Assembly: GCA_963818505.1 (NCBI GenBank)
Contig: CAWFSJ010000005.1
Span: forward strand, 141,540 to 205,539
Length of the DNA stretch: 64,000 nt
Direction of reading: 5' to 3'
Source of the DNA: an uncultured Actinomycetota bacterium
Lineage (GTDB): Bacteria; Actinomycetota; Actinomycetes; S36-B12; UBA10799
In this document: positions 24,908 through 35,410 of the stretch, piece by piece
How the letters are laid out: each line of letters opens with the position of its first letter
Position numbering within the stretch: position 1 is the stretch's first letter
The notes under the pieces: generated by a model
What the model was told of the DNA's origin: nothing
Seen by the model: the letters and a program-made list of their open reading frames with translations, nothing else
Databases searched by the model: none
Translations under genes and position numbers: made by a program

Positions 24908-25975
24908 GTGCAACTGACCCGGGACGAAGCCTTGACGATGCGCCTGGCCAACCTGAGGCTCAGCCAGCCGGGCAAAGGAGCGGCCGAACTCGCCGACTGG
25001 TTCGGCGCCCTGCAGGCGCAAGATCTGGCCAGTGGCAAATGGTCGCTCGGCGTGAGGCTACCCGGAGCCACCGAAGCCGACATTGACGCCGCTTTGGCCG
25101 ATGGCGAGGTCCTACGCACCTGGCCGATGCGGGGCACGATCCACCTGATCCACCCGGAGAACGCCCGCTGGATGCTGGACCTGACCGGCCGTCGGGCGCT
25201 GAGTGGTGTGCAGGCCCGCTGGGAATTCCTCGGTCTCAACGCCGAGATCGTTGGCCAAGCGGCCGAGGTCCTGGGTGCCGCACTGAAGGGCAAACGTCTG
25301 ACCCGCGCGCAGTGCCTGTCCGCTCTTGAGGCCGCAGGGATCGAGACCGGCACCGGCCGCTCGTACCACCTGCTTTGGCACACCGCGCAGATCGGGGTCA
25401 CCTGCATCGGGCCGAACGAGGGGTCCGAACAGACCTTCGTGTTACTGGACGAGTGGGCGCCGAAGCAACGGACGCCCGACCGCGACGAAGCACTGGCGAT
25501 GATGGCGCGGATGTACTTCCAAAGTCACGGCCCCACCACACGCCAGGACTTCCAAGGGTGGACGGGTTTGACGGCCACCGACACGAAGAAGGCGGTCGCC
25601 GCAGCAGATCTGACCAGCGCCACTTTGGAAGGCCAGGAGGTCTTCTACGTCCCGGCGTCCTCGCCGGAGCCTCCTGAGGCCCTACTGCTTGCGGGCTTCG
25701 ACGAGTACATGCTCGGCTACAAGGACCGCAGACTGTTCCTGGACCCAGTCGATGCCGAACGAATCGTTCCTGGCGGCAACGGGATGTTCCGCAACACTGT
25801 CGTGCAACGTGGCCGGGTGATCGGCACCTGGCAGCGCAAGGTCCTTTCCAAGACCACCCGCATAACGATCACCAGCTTCAAGAGTCTGTCCACTGCCACT
25901 CGTGGCGCATTCGAAGCACCGGCCGCGCGGTACGCGGCCTACACCGGCAAGGACCTCGACCTGCGCTTCGACTGA
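24908..25975 (+). CDS. Winged-helix DNA-binding domain protein of the YcaQ/AlkZ (HTH_42) DNA glycosylase family
   Basis: LRLSQPG...FGALQAQDLASGKWSLGVR...LRTWPMRGTIHLI. The start is tentative (GTG at 24908; GTG at 24893 is also possible). Confidence 0.7.
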   Translation: MQLTRDEALTMRLANLRLSQPGKGAAELADWFGALQAQDLASGKWSLGVRLPGATEADIDAALADGEVLRTWPMRGTIHLIHPENARWMLDLTGRRALSGVQARWEFLGLNAEIVGQAAEVLGAALKGKRLTRAQCLSALEAAGIETGTGRSYHLLWHTAQIGVTCIGPNEGSEQTFVLLDEWAPKQRTPDRDEALAMMARMYFQSHGPTTRQDFQGWTGLTATDTKKAVAAADLTSATLEGQEVFYVPASSPEPPEALLLAGFDEYMLGYKDRRLFLDPVDAERIVPGGNGMFRNTVVQRGRVIGTWQRKVLSKTTRITITSFKSLSTATRGAFEAPAARYAAYTGKDLDLRFD

Positions 25976-26037
25976 CACGCCCGGATGTGCTGGTGACCGC
26001 GTGGTGCGGCCGCTAGCGTCACGCGGGAGGAGGCCAC

Positions 26038-27171
26038 ATGTCCGACAGTGGTAGCCAATCCCCCGGGGGGCTGGAAGCTGGCACTCTGAGCGCGCCGATT
26101 TCGGGCTGGATGCGCAGGGCGATGGCACCGTGGAGCGCCCACGCCTTCATAGTGTTCATCGTCCTGGTGCTCAGCGCGTGGCTGGCGACGACCTTGCTGG
26201 GCAGAGTCTGGTACTTGCTCTGGTGGTTCATCATCGCGGCGTTCCTCTACTTCGCGCTGGCGCCGGCCGTCGACTGGCTGGTGGGCAAGGGCCTCAAGCG
26301 GGGCCTGGCCACCGGTTTGGTCATGCTCGGTCTCATCGTCGGGATCCTTACCTTGATCATCTCCATGACGCCGCTGATCATCAGCGAGACCGAGACCGCG
26401 ATCAACGACATCCCCGCCATGGTCACCAACCTGAAGGACTTCGCGGCGCACTTCGGTGTCAATGTCGACACGACCAGCAACAGCCAGCAGGTGCAATCGG
26501 CCCTTTCCACACTGCAAGGTCACCTGCCCGACATCGCCGGCGGTGCGCTCAGCGCGACGAGCGCCCTCATCGGCGGGCTGTTCGAGTTCTTCGTGGTCCT
26601 GCTGTTCACCTTCTTCCTACTGGCCAACCAGAACAAGTTCCGTCGGTTCATCCTGTCCTTCTTCACACCGGGCACCCAGACCTTCGTGGGGCAGGCGTGG
26701 GACATCGCCGTGTACAAGACGGGCGGTTACCTCTACTCGCGCATACTCACGTCGTTCCTCGCGGGATCCGTCATCGGAATCACGCTGTGGGCTTTGGACT
26801 GCCCCTACCCTTTGGCACTGGCCATCTGGTACGGGCTGATCTCGCAGTTCCTGCCCATGATCGGGACGTACGTCGCCGCGGCTCTGCCACTGCTCATTCT
26901 GGCTCTGCGCGACCCGATGGACGCGCTGATCTTCTTGATAGTCCTGGCCATCTGGATCCCTTTCCAGGACTACGTGATCAGCCCACGGGTCTCCGCCAAG
27001 ACCATGCAACTGGCCCCCGCCACCGCGTTGACCGCACTGCTCGCCGGAGGCGCCCTCTTCGGTGCGCTCGGCGCGTTCCTGGCACTGCCCGCCGCAGCTG
27101 TGATTCAGAGCATCCTCACCGCGTTCTTCCCCCGCCACGAGGTTCTGGAGAGTGCCGCAGGGCGGCAGTGA
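26038..27171 (+). CDS. AI-2E family transporter (PerM-like)
   Basis: 377-aa polytopic protein with typical AI-2E topology. GGGAGGAGG RBS. Confidence 0.8.
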   Translation: MSDSGSQSPGGLEAGTLSAPISGWMRRAMAPWSAHAFIVFIVLVLSAWLATTLLGRVWYLLWWFIIAAFLYFALAPAVDWLVGKGLKRGLATGLVMLGLIVGILTLIISMTPLIISETETAINDIPAMVTNLKDFAAHFGVNVDTTSNSQQVQSALSTLQGHLPDIAGGALSATSALIGGLFEFFVVLLFTFFLLANQNKFRRFILSFFTPGTQTFVGQAWDIAVYKTGGYLYSRILTSFLAGSVIGITLWALDCPYPLALAIWYGLISQFLPMIGTYVAAALPLLILALRDPMDALIFLIVLAIWIPFQDYVISPRVSAKTMQLAPATALTALLAGGALFGALGAFLALPAAAVIQSILTAFFPRHEVLESAAGRQ

Positions 27172-27181
27172 CTGCGCGAGG

Positions 27182-27763
27182 TCACTGCGCGACGGCCAGC
27201 ACCACCGTGTCCAGTGCGATGGCACCCGCAACCCGGCGTTGCATCACCTGTGCGAAGTCGATTCGCATGCCCTCAAGACCAGCCACCGTCTGTTCTACGG
27301 TGTAACAGACTCCCGGGTCCGGCGGTCCGCCGTGGCCGAGTTCCACATTGGACTTGTCATGGGCGATCACAAGCACCAGCCCATCGGGCTTGACCCAGTG
27401 CTGGATCCGGCGAAGCACGCGGGTCTGGAGGACGTCGGGAACCTGCAGATAGGACAGGAGCACAAGGTCGACAGGGTAGGTCGGCTCGAAAGTCTCGGCA
27501 TCGCTCACGACCGTTGCCAACTGCACCTGCGCCTCGAAGGCCATCCGCCGGGCCTTCTCGAGGCCGACCGCTGAGAAGTCGACCGCAGTGACGTCCCACC
27601 CCTGCCTGGCCAGCCAGACTGCGTTGCGGCCCTCGCCGGCGCCGAGGTCTATTGCAGAACCGGGCGTGAGCTCGCTTACGAACTGGGCCACGAACTGGTT
27701 CGGCTCCTGGCTCCAAACCAGCTCGGCGTCGCTGTACCTGGCGTCCCATCCCTGCGCGTCCAC
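27182..27763 (-). CDS. Class I SAM-dependent methyltransferase
   Basis: AIDLGAGEGRNAVWLARQGWDVTAVD motif I/II. Confidence 0.8.
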   Translation of the reverse strand: MDAQGWDARYSDAELVWSQEPNQFVAQFVSELTPGSAIDLGAGEGRNAVWLARQGWDVTAVDFSAVGLEKARRMAFEAQVQLATVVSDAETFEPTYPVDLVLLSYLQVPDVLQTRVLRRIQHWVKPDGLVLVIAHDKSNVELGHGGPPDPGVCYTVEQTVAGLEGMRIDFAQVMQRRVAGAIALDTVVLAVAQ

Positions 27764-27805
27764 GCCCCCATTGAACCAGTGCCCGCCGTCCCAAGTGGGG
27801 CCGTT

Positions 27806-27875
27806 GGTTAGAGGTTGTGCTGTTGGTTAGCGCTTCAACGCGTGGATTTGCTAACGAACAGCACAACCTCTAACC
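27806..27875. repeat. Palindromic repeat family B, copy 1 (26-bp arms, 18-nt centre)
   Basis: GGTTAGAGGTTGTGCTGTTGGTTAGC (27806-27831) and GCTAACGAACAGCACAACCTCTAACC (27850-27875) are reverse complements with 1 mismatch. The centre contains ACGCGT. Confidence 0.9.
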
Positions 27876-27942
27876 AGGTCCAGATGTGCACCAACGGCCA
27901 TCGGCCGGGAACGCGCAACCGAAGCCGACTACCCTGCCAGAC

Positions 27943-29564
<1,622 letters not shown>

Positions 29565-29568
<4 letters not shown>

Positions 29569-30194
29569 GCGCGATCGTGCTGGGAGTCGGACCGGGTTTG
29601 GGCATGGCCCTGGCTCGCGCGTACGCCGAGACCGGGCGACGGGTGGCTGTGGTGGCGCTGCATCAGGAACAAGCAGACGAGTTCGCGCGCCAACTCGGCG
29701 GCGGCGCTGCCGGTTTCGCCGGAGACCTCGGCGACAGCGCACAGGTCAAGGCGGTCATTGAGCGGGCTGCTGCAACGCTCGGAGCCCCGGACATCGTGCA
29801 CTACAACGCCTCCCTGCTGGTTGAGGGTGTCCCGACGGCTGTGCCTCTGGACGCGGTCGAGTCGGCCTGGCGGGTGGGGTGCCTCGGTGCGTGGGCAGCC
29901 TTACAGGCGGCTGTGCCCCTGATGGACGAGGGCTCGGCCTTCTTCGCGACGAACAGCGGGGTGTCTGTCGAGCCATGGTCAGGCGGCAGCGTCCTCAGCT
30001 CGGCGAAGGCGGCCATGCGCAACTTCATGTTCTCGGCAGCAGACGAGCTGCCGCACTTGAACATCGCGATGATCACCATCATGGGTGTCATCAAGGAGGG
30101 CACCGACCTGTCCCCCGATGAGATCGCGCGCAACTTCTTGGCCCTGCTCGAAGAACACCGGCCGCCGGTGGAGACCTTGCTCCCACGGGCCTAG
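29565..30194 (+). CDS. Short SDR-family oxidoreductase
   Basis: VLGVGPGLGMALARAYAETGRRV Rossmann N-terminus. ATGA overlap with the pgm stop. 209 aa, short for an SDR. Confidence 0.6.
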
Positions 30195-30203
30195 TTTGGA
30201 CGT

Positions 30204-30593
30204 ATGCGAATCCTGGTCGTGCTGATTCTGGCGGCGGTGGCGGTGTACGTTCTGCTGCGGTTGCTCAGTGGCGGCGCGGCGCGCGTGGGCGCCAAACCGG
30301 CGCCGCGATCGCTGCCCCCGGTCGACAGTGGCGAGTTCGAGGAGCCAGCTGCGATCGCCAGCGGGCCGGACCGCGGTTTCGGGGTTCTCAGGCTCACACC
30401 GAGCCAGTTGATCTTCTCGGGCAACTCGGGGCGCATCACCACCCTCGAACGTCTGGACATCGTGGGAGTGGCCGCCACCAAGCAACTCCCCGACCACGAC
30501 ACCGTGAAGGCTGTGCTGGCCGTGTCCACTGGCGAAGGTGTGCACTACTTCGCCGTCGACGACCCCGGCGCCTGGGAGCGACGCCTGCTCTGA
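30204..30593 (+). CDS. Hypothetical membrane-anchored protein
   Basis: N-terminal TM helix ILVVLILAAVAVYVLLRLL followed by a roughly 90-aa soluble domain. No family recognised. Confidence 0.5.
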   Translation: MRILVVLILAAVAVYVLLRLLSGGAARVGAKPAPRSLPPVDSGEFEEPAAIASGPDRGFGVLRLTPSQLIFSGNSGRITTLERLDIVGVAATKQLPDHDTVKAVLAVSTGEGVHYFAVDDPGAWERRLL

Positions 30594-30620
30594 GACCGGG
30601 CCCCGCGCGGTGGGCCCTTC

Positions 30621-30699
30621 CGTCCGCCGCCGGACCCGCCCGCCGGACCCCGCCCGCCGGACCTCGCCCGCCGGGTCCCGCCCGCCGGATCCCGCCCGC
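30621..30699. repeat. 14-bp GC-rich tandem repeat (CGCCCGCCGGNNCC, about 5.5 units)
   Basis: Units at 30637, 30651, 30665 and 30679, with imperfect flanking units. The array abuts the palindrome at 30700. Confidence 0.85.
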
Positions 30700-30768
30700 G
30701 TTAGAGGTTGTGCGATTCGTTAGCAAAACAACGCGTGGATTCGCTAACCAACAGCACAACCTCTAACC
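30700..30768. repeat. Palindromic repeat family B, copy 2
   Basis: GTTAGAGGTTGTGCGATTCGTTAGC ... GCTAACCAACAGCACAACCTCTAAC. The right arm is the exact reverse complement of the copy-1 left arm. The centre shares CAACGCGTGGATT with copy 1. Confidence 0.9.
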
Positions 30769-30778
30769 AGGACGCTCA

Positions 30779-30875
30779 CGGTCCGCCGCAGGCCCCCCGC
30801 AGCCGGTCCGCCGCAGGCCCCCCGCCGGTCCGCCGCAGGCCCCCCGCCAGCCGGTCCCGCCCCTCGCCCGCGGGG
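30779..30875. repeat. 22-26-bp GC-rich tandem repeat (CGGTCCGCCGCAGGCCCCCCGC[AGC], 3 units plus a partial unit)
   Basis: Units at 30779-30803, 30804-30825 and 30826-30851, followed by a degenerate unit. Confidence 0.85.
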
Positions 30876-30883
30876 CCAAACCC

Positions 30884-31375
30884 TTATAGCGTCAGCACCA
30901 TGCGGGTGTTGCCCAGGGTGTTCGGGCGCACCCGTTCGAGGTCAAGGAATTCCGCCACACCCTCGTCCGGCGAGCGGAGCAACTCCTCGTAGACACGGCT
31001 CTCCACCCCGCGCTCCTTGAGTACCTCGAACCCGAAAGCCGCGAAGAAATCGGTCTCGAAGGTCAGGCAGAACACCCGCGCAACACCGAGTGCGCGGGCC
31101 CGGTCGACCAGGGCTGCCAGGATCGCCGAACCGATGCCGCGCCTGAACAAGTGAGGAAGGACCGCCAAGGTCCGGACCTCTGCAAGGTCCTCCCACATGA
31201 CATGCACCGCGCCGCAGCCGATGACCGCGCCGTCGTCGTCGGCTACGAGGAAGTCTGTGACGTCCTCGTACAGCGTGACGGTCGCTTTAGAGAGCAGGCG
31301 TCGGTCTGGGGCGTACTGGTCGATGAGTTCGCGGATGACACGCACGTCCTGGGTTCGAGCCGGCCGGATCTGCAT
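30884..31375 (-). CDS. argA: Short-form amino-acid N-acetyltransferase (GNAT, Rv2747/ArgA-like)
   Basis: ...TLYEDVTDFLVA...VFCLTFETDFFAAFGFEVL...GVAEFLDLERVRPNTLGNTRMVLTL closely resembles Mtb Rv2747 as I remember it. Confidence 0.7.
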   Translation of the reverse strand: MQIRPARTQDVRVIRELIDQYAPDRRLLSKATVTLYEDVTDFLVADDDGAVIGCGAVHVMWEDLAEVRTLAVLPHLFRRGIGSAILAALVDRARALGVARVFCLTFETDFFAAFGFEVLKERGVESRVYEELLRSPDEGVAEFLDLERVRPNTLGNTRMVLTL

Positions 31376-31427
31376 GCTTCCAGTCTTCCGCGCACGCGTG
31401 CTCGGCCGAGCAGCGGTGTCGACTTTG

Positions 31428-32180
31428 TCAGGAGTTCTTCTCGAACACCAGCCGCAGCCCGATCAGCGTGAGATCGGGTTCGTGTGCGGTGATGGTGCGC
31501 GACTCAGGCAGCACGACGCTGGCCAGCCCACCGGTGGCGATGACGGCGCCCATGGGCAACTCGGAGTTGATGCGGTCCACAAGTCCGTCGACCTGCCCGG
31601 CGAACCCGTAGAGGGCCCCCGACTGCAGCGCCTCCACGGTGTTCTTCCCGATCACCGAGCGCGGGGCAACAAGCTCGACCTTGCGAAGAGCCGCAGCCCT
31701 CGAGGCCAGCGCGTCAAGCGAGATCTCGATGCCCGGAGCCAATGCCCCGCCCAGGAACTCGCCCTTTGCCGACACGACATCCAAGTTGGTGGACGTTCCA
31801 AAGTCCACAACTACACACGGCCCGCCGTAGAGGGTATGCGCGGCCAGGGTATTGACTATGCGGTCCGCGCCGACCTCTTTCGGGTTGTCCGTCAGGATGG
31901 GAACGCCCGTACGCGTCCCCGGTTCGACGATCACGGTCGGGGTGTCCGGGTAGTACTCCCCAATCATCCAGCGGATCTCCCGCAGCACCGCAGGCACTGT
32001 CGAGCACAAAGCGATCCCGTTGACCTCGGGCTGCCCGCGCAACAACGCTCGGAACAGGATGTAGATCTCGTCAGCGGTGGCTCTCGGGTCCGTCTTCACC
32101 CTGAACGAACGGCGCAACTCATCGCCATGGAACAGGCCCAGAACCGTGTTCGTGTTACCGATGTCAATCGTCAGAAGCAT
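31428..32180 (-). CDS. coaX: Type III pantothenate kinase
   Basis: MLLTIDIGNTNTVLGLF...VDFGTSTN. Confidence 0.9.
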   Translation of the reverse strand: MLLTIDIGNTNTVLGLFHGDELRRSFRVKTDPRATADEIYILFRALLRGQPEVNGIALCSTVPAVLREIRWMIGEYYPDTPTVIVEPGTRTGVPILTDNPKEVGADRIVNTLAAHTLYGGPCVVVDFGTSTNLDVVSAKGEFLGGALAPGIEISLDALASRAAALRKVELVAPRSVIGKNTVEALQSGALYGFAGQVDGLVDRINSELPMGAVIATGGLASVVLPESRTITAHEPDLTLIGLRLVFEKNS

Positions 32181-33015
32181 CGCTGACCTCCTGCAGATCC
32201 GCGCCGATGTCCAGCACCTTGACCGAATGGGTCAAGGCTCCGACAGCGACGTAGTCGACCCCCGTCGTGGCAACTTCGGCTGCGTTGTCCAGCGTGAGCC
32301 CACCGGATGCCTCAAGCCGGGCGCGCCCGGCAGTGATCGCCACCGCCTCGCGCATCTGTTCGGGTGTGAAGTTGTCCAGCAGCACCAGGTCCGCTCCCGC
32401 CGACAGCACCTCCCGCAACTGCTCCAAGGAGTCCACCTCGACCTCCACCGGAAGACCCGGGAACTCGCGGCGCACGGCCTCGAACGCCTGCCTGACTCCG
32501 CCGGCGGCCACGACATGGTTGTCCTTGACCAAGGCAGCGTCCGACAGCGACATCCGGTGGTTCACGCCGCCACCGCAGCGCACGGCGTACTTCTGCAGGG
32601 CTCGCAAGCCGGGCAGTGTCTTGCGGGTGTCACGCACCCGTGGCCCGTCAGGGCCGAGTCGCTCGACCCAGGCTGCGGTGGCGGTGGCAACCCCGGACAA
32701 GTGCGTGATCAGGTTCAAGGCGGTGCGTTCGGCCGTCAAAAGGTCGCGGGTCGGACCCACCGCGCTCAGCAACACCTGTCCTGGCTCGACGTGATCGCCG
32801 TCAGCGGCAAGGATCTCCACGTCCACGGGAGCCACGGTTTCAAAGACCCGCCGCGCCACATCCAGACCGCAGACCACACCCGGCTCCCTGGCCACGAAGT
32901 CCAGCCGGGACTGTTGGCGCTCGCTGATGGTGGCAACGGAGGTTACATCGGGGCCGTCGGCAAGGTCCTCTGCCAGAGCCACAGCGATGAGGTCATCGAT
33001 CCGGTCATCGGTCAC
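32164..33015 (-). CDS. nadC: Nicotinate-nucleotide pyrophosphorylase (carboxylating)
   Basis: QPRTase motifs (TRKTLPGLR, KDNH, LDN). The GTG start overlaps the nadB stop (GTGA). The 3' end overlaps coaX by 17 nt. Confidence 0.9.
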   Translation of the reverse strand: MTDDRIDDLIAVALAEDLADGPDVTSVATISERQQSRLDFVAREPGVVCGLDVARRVFETVAPVDVEILAADGDHVEPGQVLLSAVGPTRDLLTAERTALNLITHLSGVATATAAWVERLGPDGPRVRDTRKTLPGLRALQKYAVRCGGGVNHRMSLSDAALVKDNHVVAAGGVRQAFEAVRREFPGLPVEVEVDSLEQLREVLSAGADLVLLDNFTPEQMREAVAITAGRARLEASGGLTLDNAAEVATTGVDYVAVGALTHSVKVLDIGADLQEVSDASDD

Positions 33016-34601
33016 AAGGCCGCCTCCTTCGTCACCATCACGCCATCGACCACCTGCGTCTGCAAGCGCAACAACCACCGATCATCGGCCACCGGGAAGT
33101 CCTCACGCCAGTGGGATCCGCGGGTCTCCTCGCGCGCGAGTGCCGCCTGGGCCAGCGACCGGCCCACGAACAGCAGGTTGGACATCTCCCAGGACCCGGT
33201 CGACGGCGTCCCCGACCCGAAGGTCGAGAGGTCCTGCATGGTCGCAGTAAGCGACTCCGCACTACGCAGAACACCGGCACCCTCGGTCATGGTCTGCTGG
33301 AAGCGGCGCCGGGCCGTCTCGTCGGCTGTCCAGGGCCGGGTCTTGGGAACCGGGTCCGCGCGAACCAACTCCTGGCCGGCCAGCGCATCGGCGATCCTGT
33401 CGGCGAAGACGAGACCTTCCAGCAGCGAGTTGCTAGCCAAACGGTTCGCGCCGTGAACACCCGTGCAGGAGCACTCACCGCACGCGTACAGCCCGGCCAC
33501 CGTGGTCCTGCCCCACAGGTCCGTGCGCAGCCCGCCGGAGTGGTAGTGCTGCGCGGGGGCCACTGGGATCAGATCCACCGCGGGATCGATGCCGTGTGCC
33601 AGGCAGGACGCCAGGATCGTGGGGAAGCGCGCGGGCCAGTCGATCTTGCGACCATCCAGCCACACGTGATCGCTGCCGGTGGCCCTCATCTGCCGCATGA
33701 TCGCCTTGGCGACCACATCCCGCGGTGCGAGTTCTTCCAGCGGATGAACTCCCGCCATGAAGCGCTTGCCCTGACCGTCGAGCAGCACCGCCCCCTCGCC
33801 GCGAACGGCCTCGGAGACCAACGGCTGCTGACCGGACGCCTGCGGGCCCAGGTAGAGCACGGTGGGATGGAACTGGACGAACTCCATGTCGGCCACCACC
33901 GCTCCAGCACGAAGGCCCAGACCGATGCCGTCGCCAGTGGCCACAGGCGGGTTCGTCGAGGCGGTGAACACCTGGCCGATGCCGCCTGTCGCCAGCACGA
34001 CTGCCGGGGCAAGAATCGCGCCCACCCCGTCTCGCTGGCCCTCGCCCATCACATGCAGAGTCACGCCCTGGGCAGCCCCGCCGGCATCCTGCAGCAGGTC
34101 GAGCACCAGAGCGTGCTCGATGACCTCGATACGCTGGCCCACCTCGCCGACCAGGGCGCGCAGGATCTCAAAGCCTGTGGCATCGCCGCCGGCATGCGCG
34201 ATGCGGTCGGTCAGATGCCCGCCCTCCCGGGTCAGGGCGATGTCCCCTTCGGGCGTCCGGTCGAACTCCGCGCCCCACTTGATCAGCCGCCGTACCGCGG
34301 CTGGACCGGATTCGACAAGCACCCGTACCGCCGCTTCGTCGCAGAGGCCCGCACCGGCGACCAGGGTGTCCTGCAGGTGCGCCTCGGGGGAATCGCCTGG
34401 TGCCAGTGCCGCAGCGATCCCGCCCTGTGCCCACCGAGTTGACCCTTCGTCGACCTGGGCCTTGGTCACCACGACCACCTTGAGGCCGGCCCGGCGCGCG
34501 CGGATCGCCGTCGTGAGCCCAGCGATCCCGGAACCGACCACGACCACGTCAGCCTCGATGAACCAGCCGGGCGCGGCCGCACTGAGGGAATCCGGCAACA
34601 T
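33012..34601 (-). CDS. nadB: L-aspartate oxidase
   Basis: DVVVVGSGIAGLTTA FAD fold, ...RWAQGGIAA..., HPTV, GANRLASNSLLEG. The ATG at 34601 is 5 nt after the panC stop. Confidence 0.9.
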   Translation of the reverse strand: MLPDSLSAAAPGWFIEADVVVVGSGIAGLTTAIRARRAGLKVVVVTKAQVDEGSTRWAQGGIAAALAPGDSPEAHLQDTLVAGAGLCDEAAVRVLVESGPAAVRRLIKWGAEFDRTPEGDIALTREGGHLTDRIAHAGGDATGFEILRALVGEVGQRIEVIEHALVLDLLQDAGGAAQGVTLHVMGEGQRDGVGAILAPAVVLATGGIGQVFTASTNPPVATGDGIGLGLRAGAVVADMEFVQFHPTVLYLGPQASGQQPLVSEAVRGEGAVLLDGQGKRFMAGVHPLEELAPRDVVAKAIMRQMRATGSDHVWLDGRKIDWPARFPTILASCLAHGIDPAVDLIPVAPAQHYHSGGLRTDLWGRTTVAGLYACGECSCTGVHGANRLASNSLLEGLVFADRIADALAGQELVRADPVPKTRPWTADETARRRFQQTMTEGAGVLRSAESLTATMQDLSTFGSGTPSTGSWEMSNLLFVGRSLAQAALAREETRGSHWREDFPVADDRWLLRLQTQVVDGVMVTKEAAL

Positions 34602-34606
34602 CACTG

Positions 34607-35410
34607 TCACCTCACCTCCACGGCACAGTTGTCCAGCAGTCTGGTCGATCCCACACGCGCGGCGATCAACAGCCTGCACGGACCTGGCCTGGGTGCTGCG
34701 AGATCGGTTCCCCGGACCACCGCGTAGTCAACATCCAGACCTGCGAGCTCAGCATTGGCCGCCGCCTCGATCGCAGCCACGTCGCTATGGAGCCTGCCCG
34801 CGCGCAATGCGCTCGGGATCGCGGCGGCCAACTCGCGCTGCTCGCCCGACAGATACACGTTCCGGCTGGATCGAGCCAGTCCATCGGATTCCCTGGAGGT
34901 GGGCACACCCACGACGTTGACGGACGCGTCGAGGTCATTGACCATCGACCTGATCAGCGTCAACTGCTGGTAGTCCTTCTCCCCGAAGTAGGCATCGTGG
35001 GCAGCAGTCAGGTTGAGCAGCTTCATAACAACGGTGAGTACCCCCCGGAAGTGGCCGGGACGGGCAGCGCCTTCCAGGTCGGACCCCAGTGGACCCGGAT
35101 CGATGCTCACCACAGCGTCGGGGCCGTAGACCTGATCGGCGGCAGGGGTGAAGACCGTGTCCACACCGAGCGCTTCGCACAGGGCGAGATCGGACTCCAG
35201 CGAGCGCGGGTACTTGTCGAGGTCCTCGTTCGCGCCGAACTGCATGGGATTGACGAAGATGGTCACTGTGACGTGATCATCAGCCTCGCGCGCCGCGCGG
35301 ATGAGGCTGGCGTGACCTTCATGCAGGGCTCCCATGGTCATGACGACCCCGCGGCGTTTTCCGGCAGACTGGTCGGCCCGGATCTGCGAGCGGGTGGACA
35401 GATGCCTCAT
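34607..35410 (-). CDS. panC: Pantoate-beta-alanine ligase
   Basis: MGALHEGHASLIR...FVNPMQFG. Confidence 0.9.
   Translation of the reverse strand: MRHLSTRSQIRADQSAGKRRGVVMTMGALHEGHASLIRAAREADDHVTVTIFVNPMQFGANEDLDKYPRSLESDLALCEALGVDTVFTPAADQVYGPDAVVSIDPGPLGSDLEGAARPGHFRGVLTVVMKLLNLTAAHDAYFGEKDYQQLTLIRSMVNDLDASVNVVGVPTSRESDGLARSSRNVYLSGEQRELAAAIPSALRAGRLHSDVAAIEAAANAELAGLDVDYAVVRGTDLAAPRPGPCRLLIAARVGSTRLLDNCAVEVR

Noticed and set aside
24841-25407. N-terminal extension of the mpg ORF, which would give 382 aa.
   Set aside because: The extension is antisense to the YcaQ-like gene and is Arg/Ser/Pro-rich. The glycosylase homology begins at the ATG at 24840.
26130-27305. 391-aa alternative-frame ORF overlapping the AI-2E transporter gene.
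   Set aside because: It is Arg/Pro/Gly/His-rich. The 26038 frame gives a coherent polytopic membrane protein.
27806-27875. The palindrome as a simple Rho-independent terminator.
   Set aside because: This copy lies between two divergent gene starts (27763 and 27943), where no terminator is expected. A 26-bp stem is also far longer than usual. It is retained as a repeat-element finding instead.
30621-30875. Possibility that the tandem repeats form a CRISPR array.
   Set aside because: The units are contiguous, 14 and 22-26 bp long, and have no unique spacers. No cas genes are nearby. They are minisatellites.
33111-34442. 443-aa ORF on the plus strand; 33862-34920 is a similar case.
   Set aside because: They are antisense to nadB and panC, which carry clear FAD and ligase motifs.
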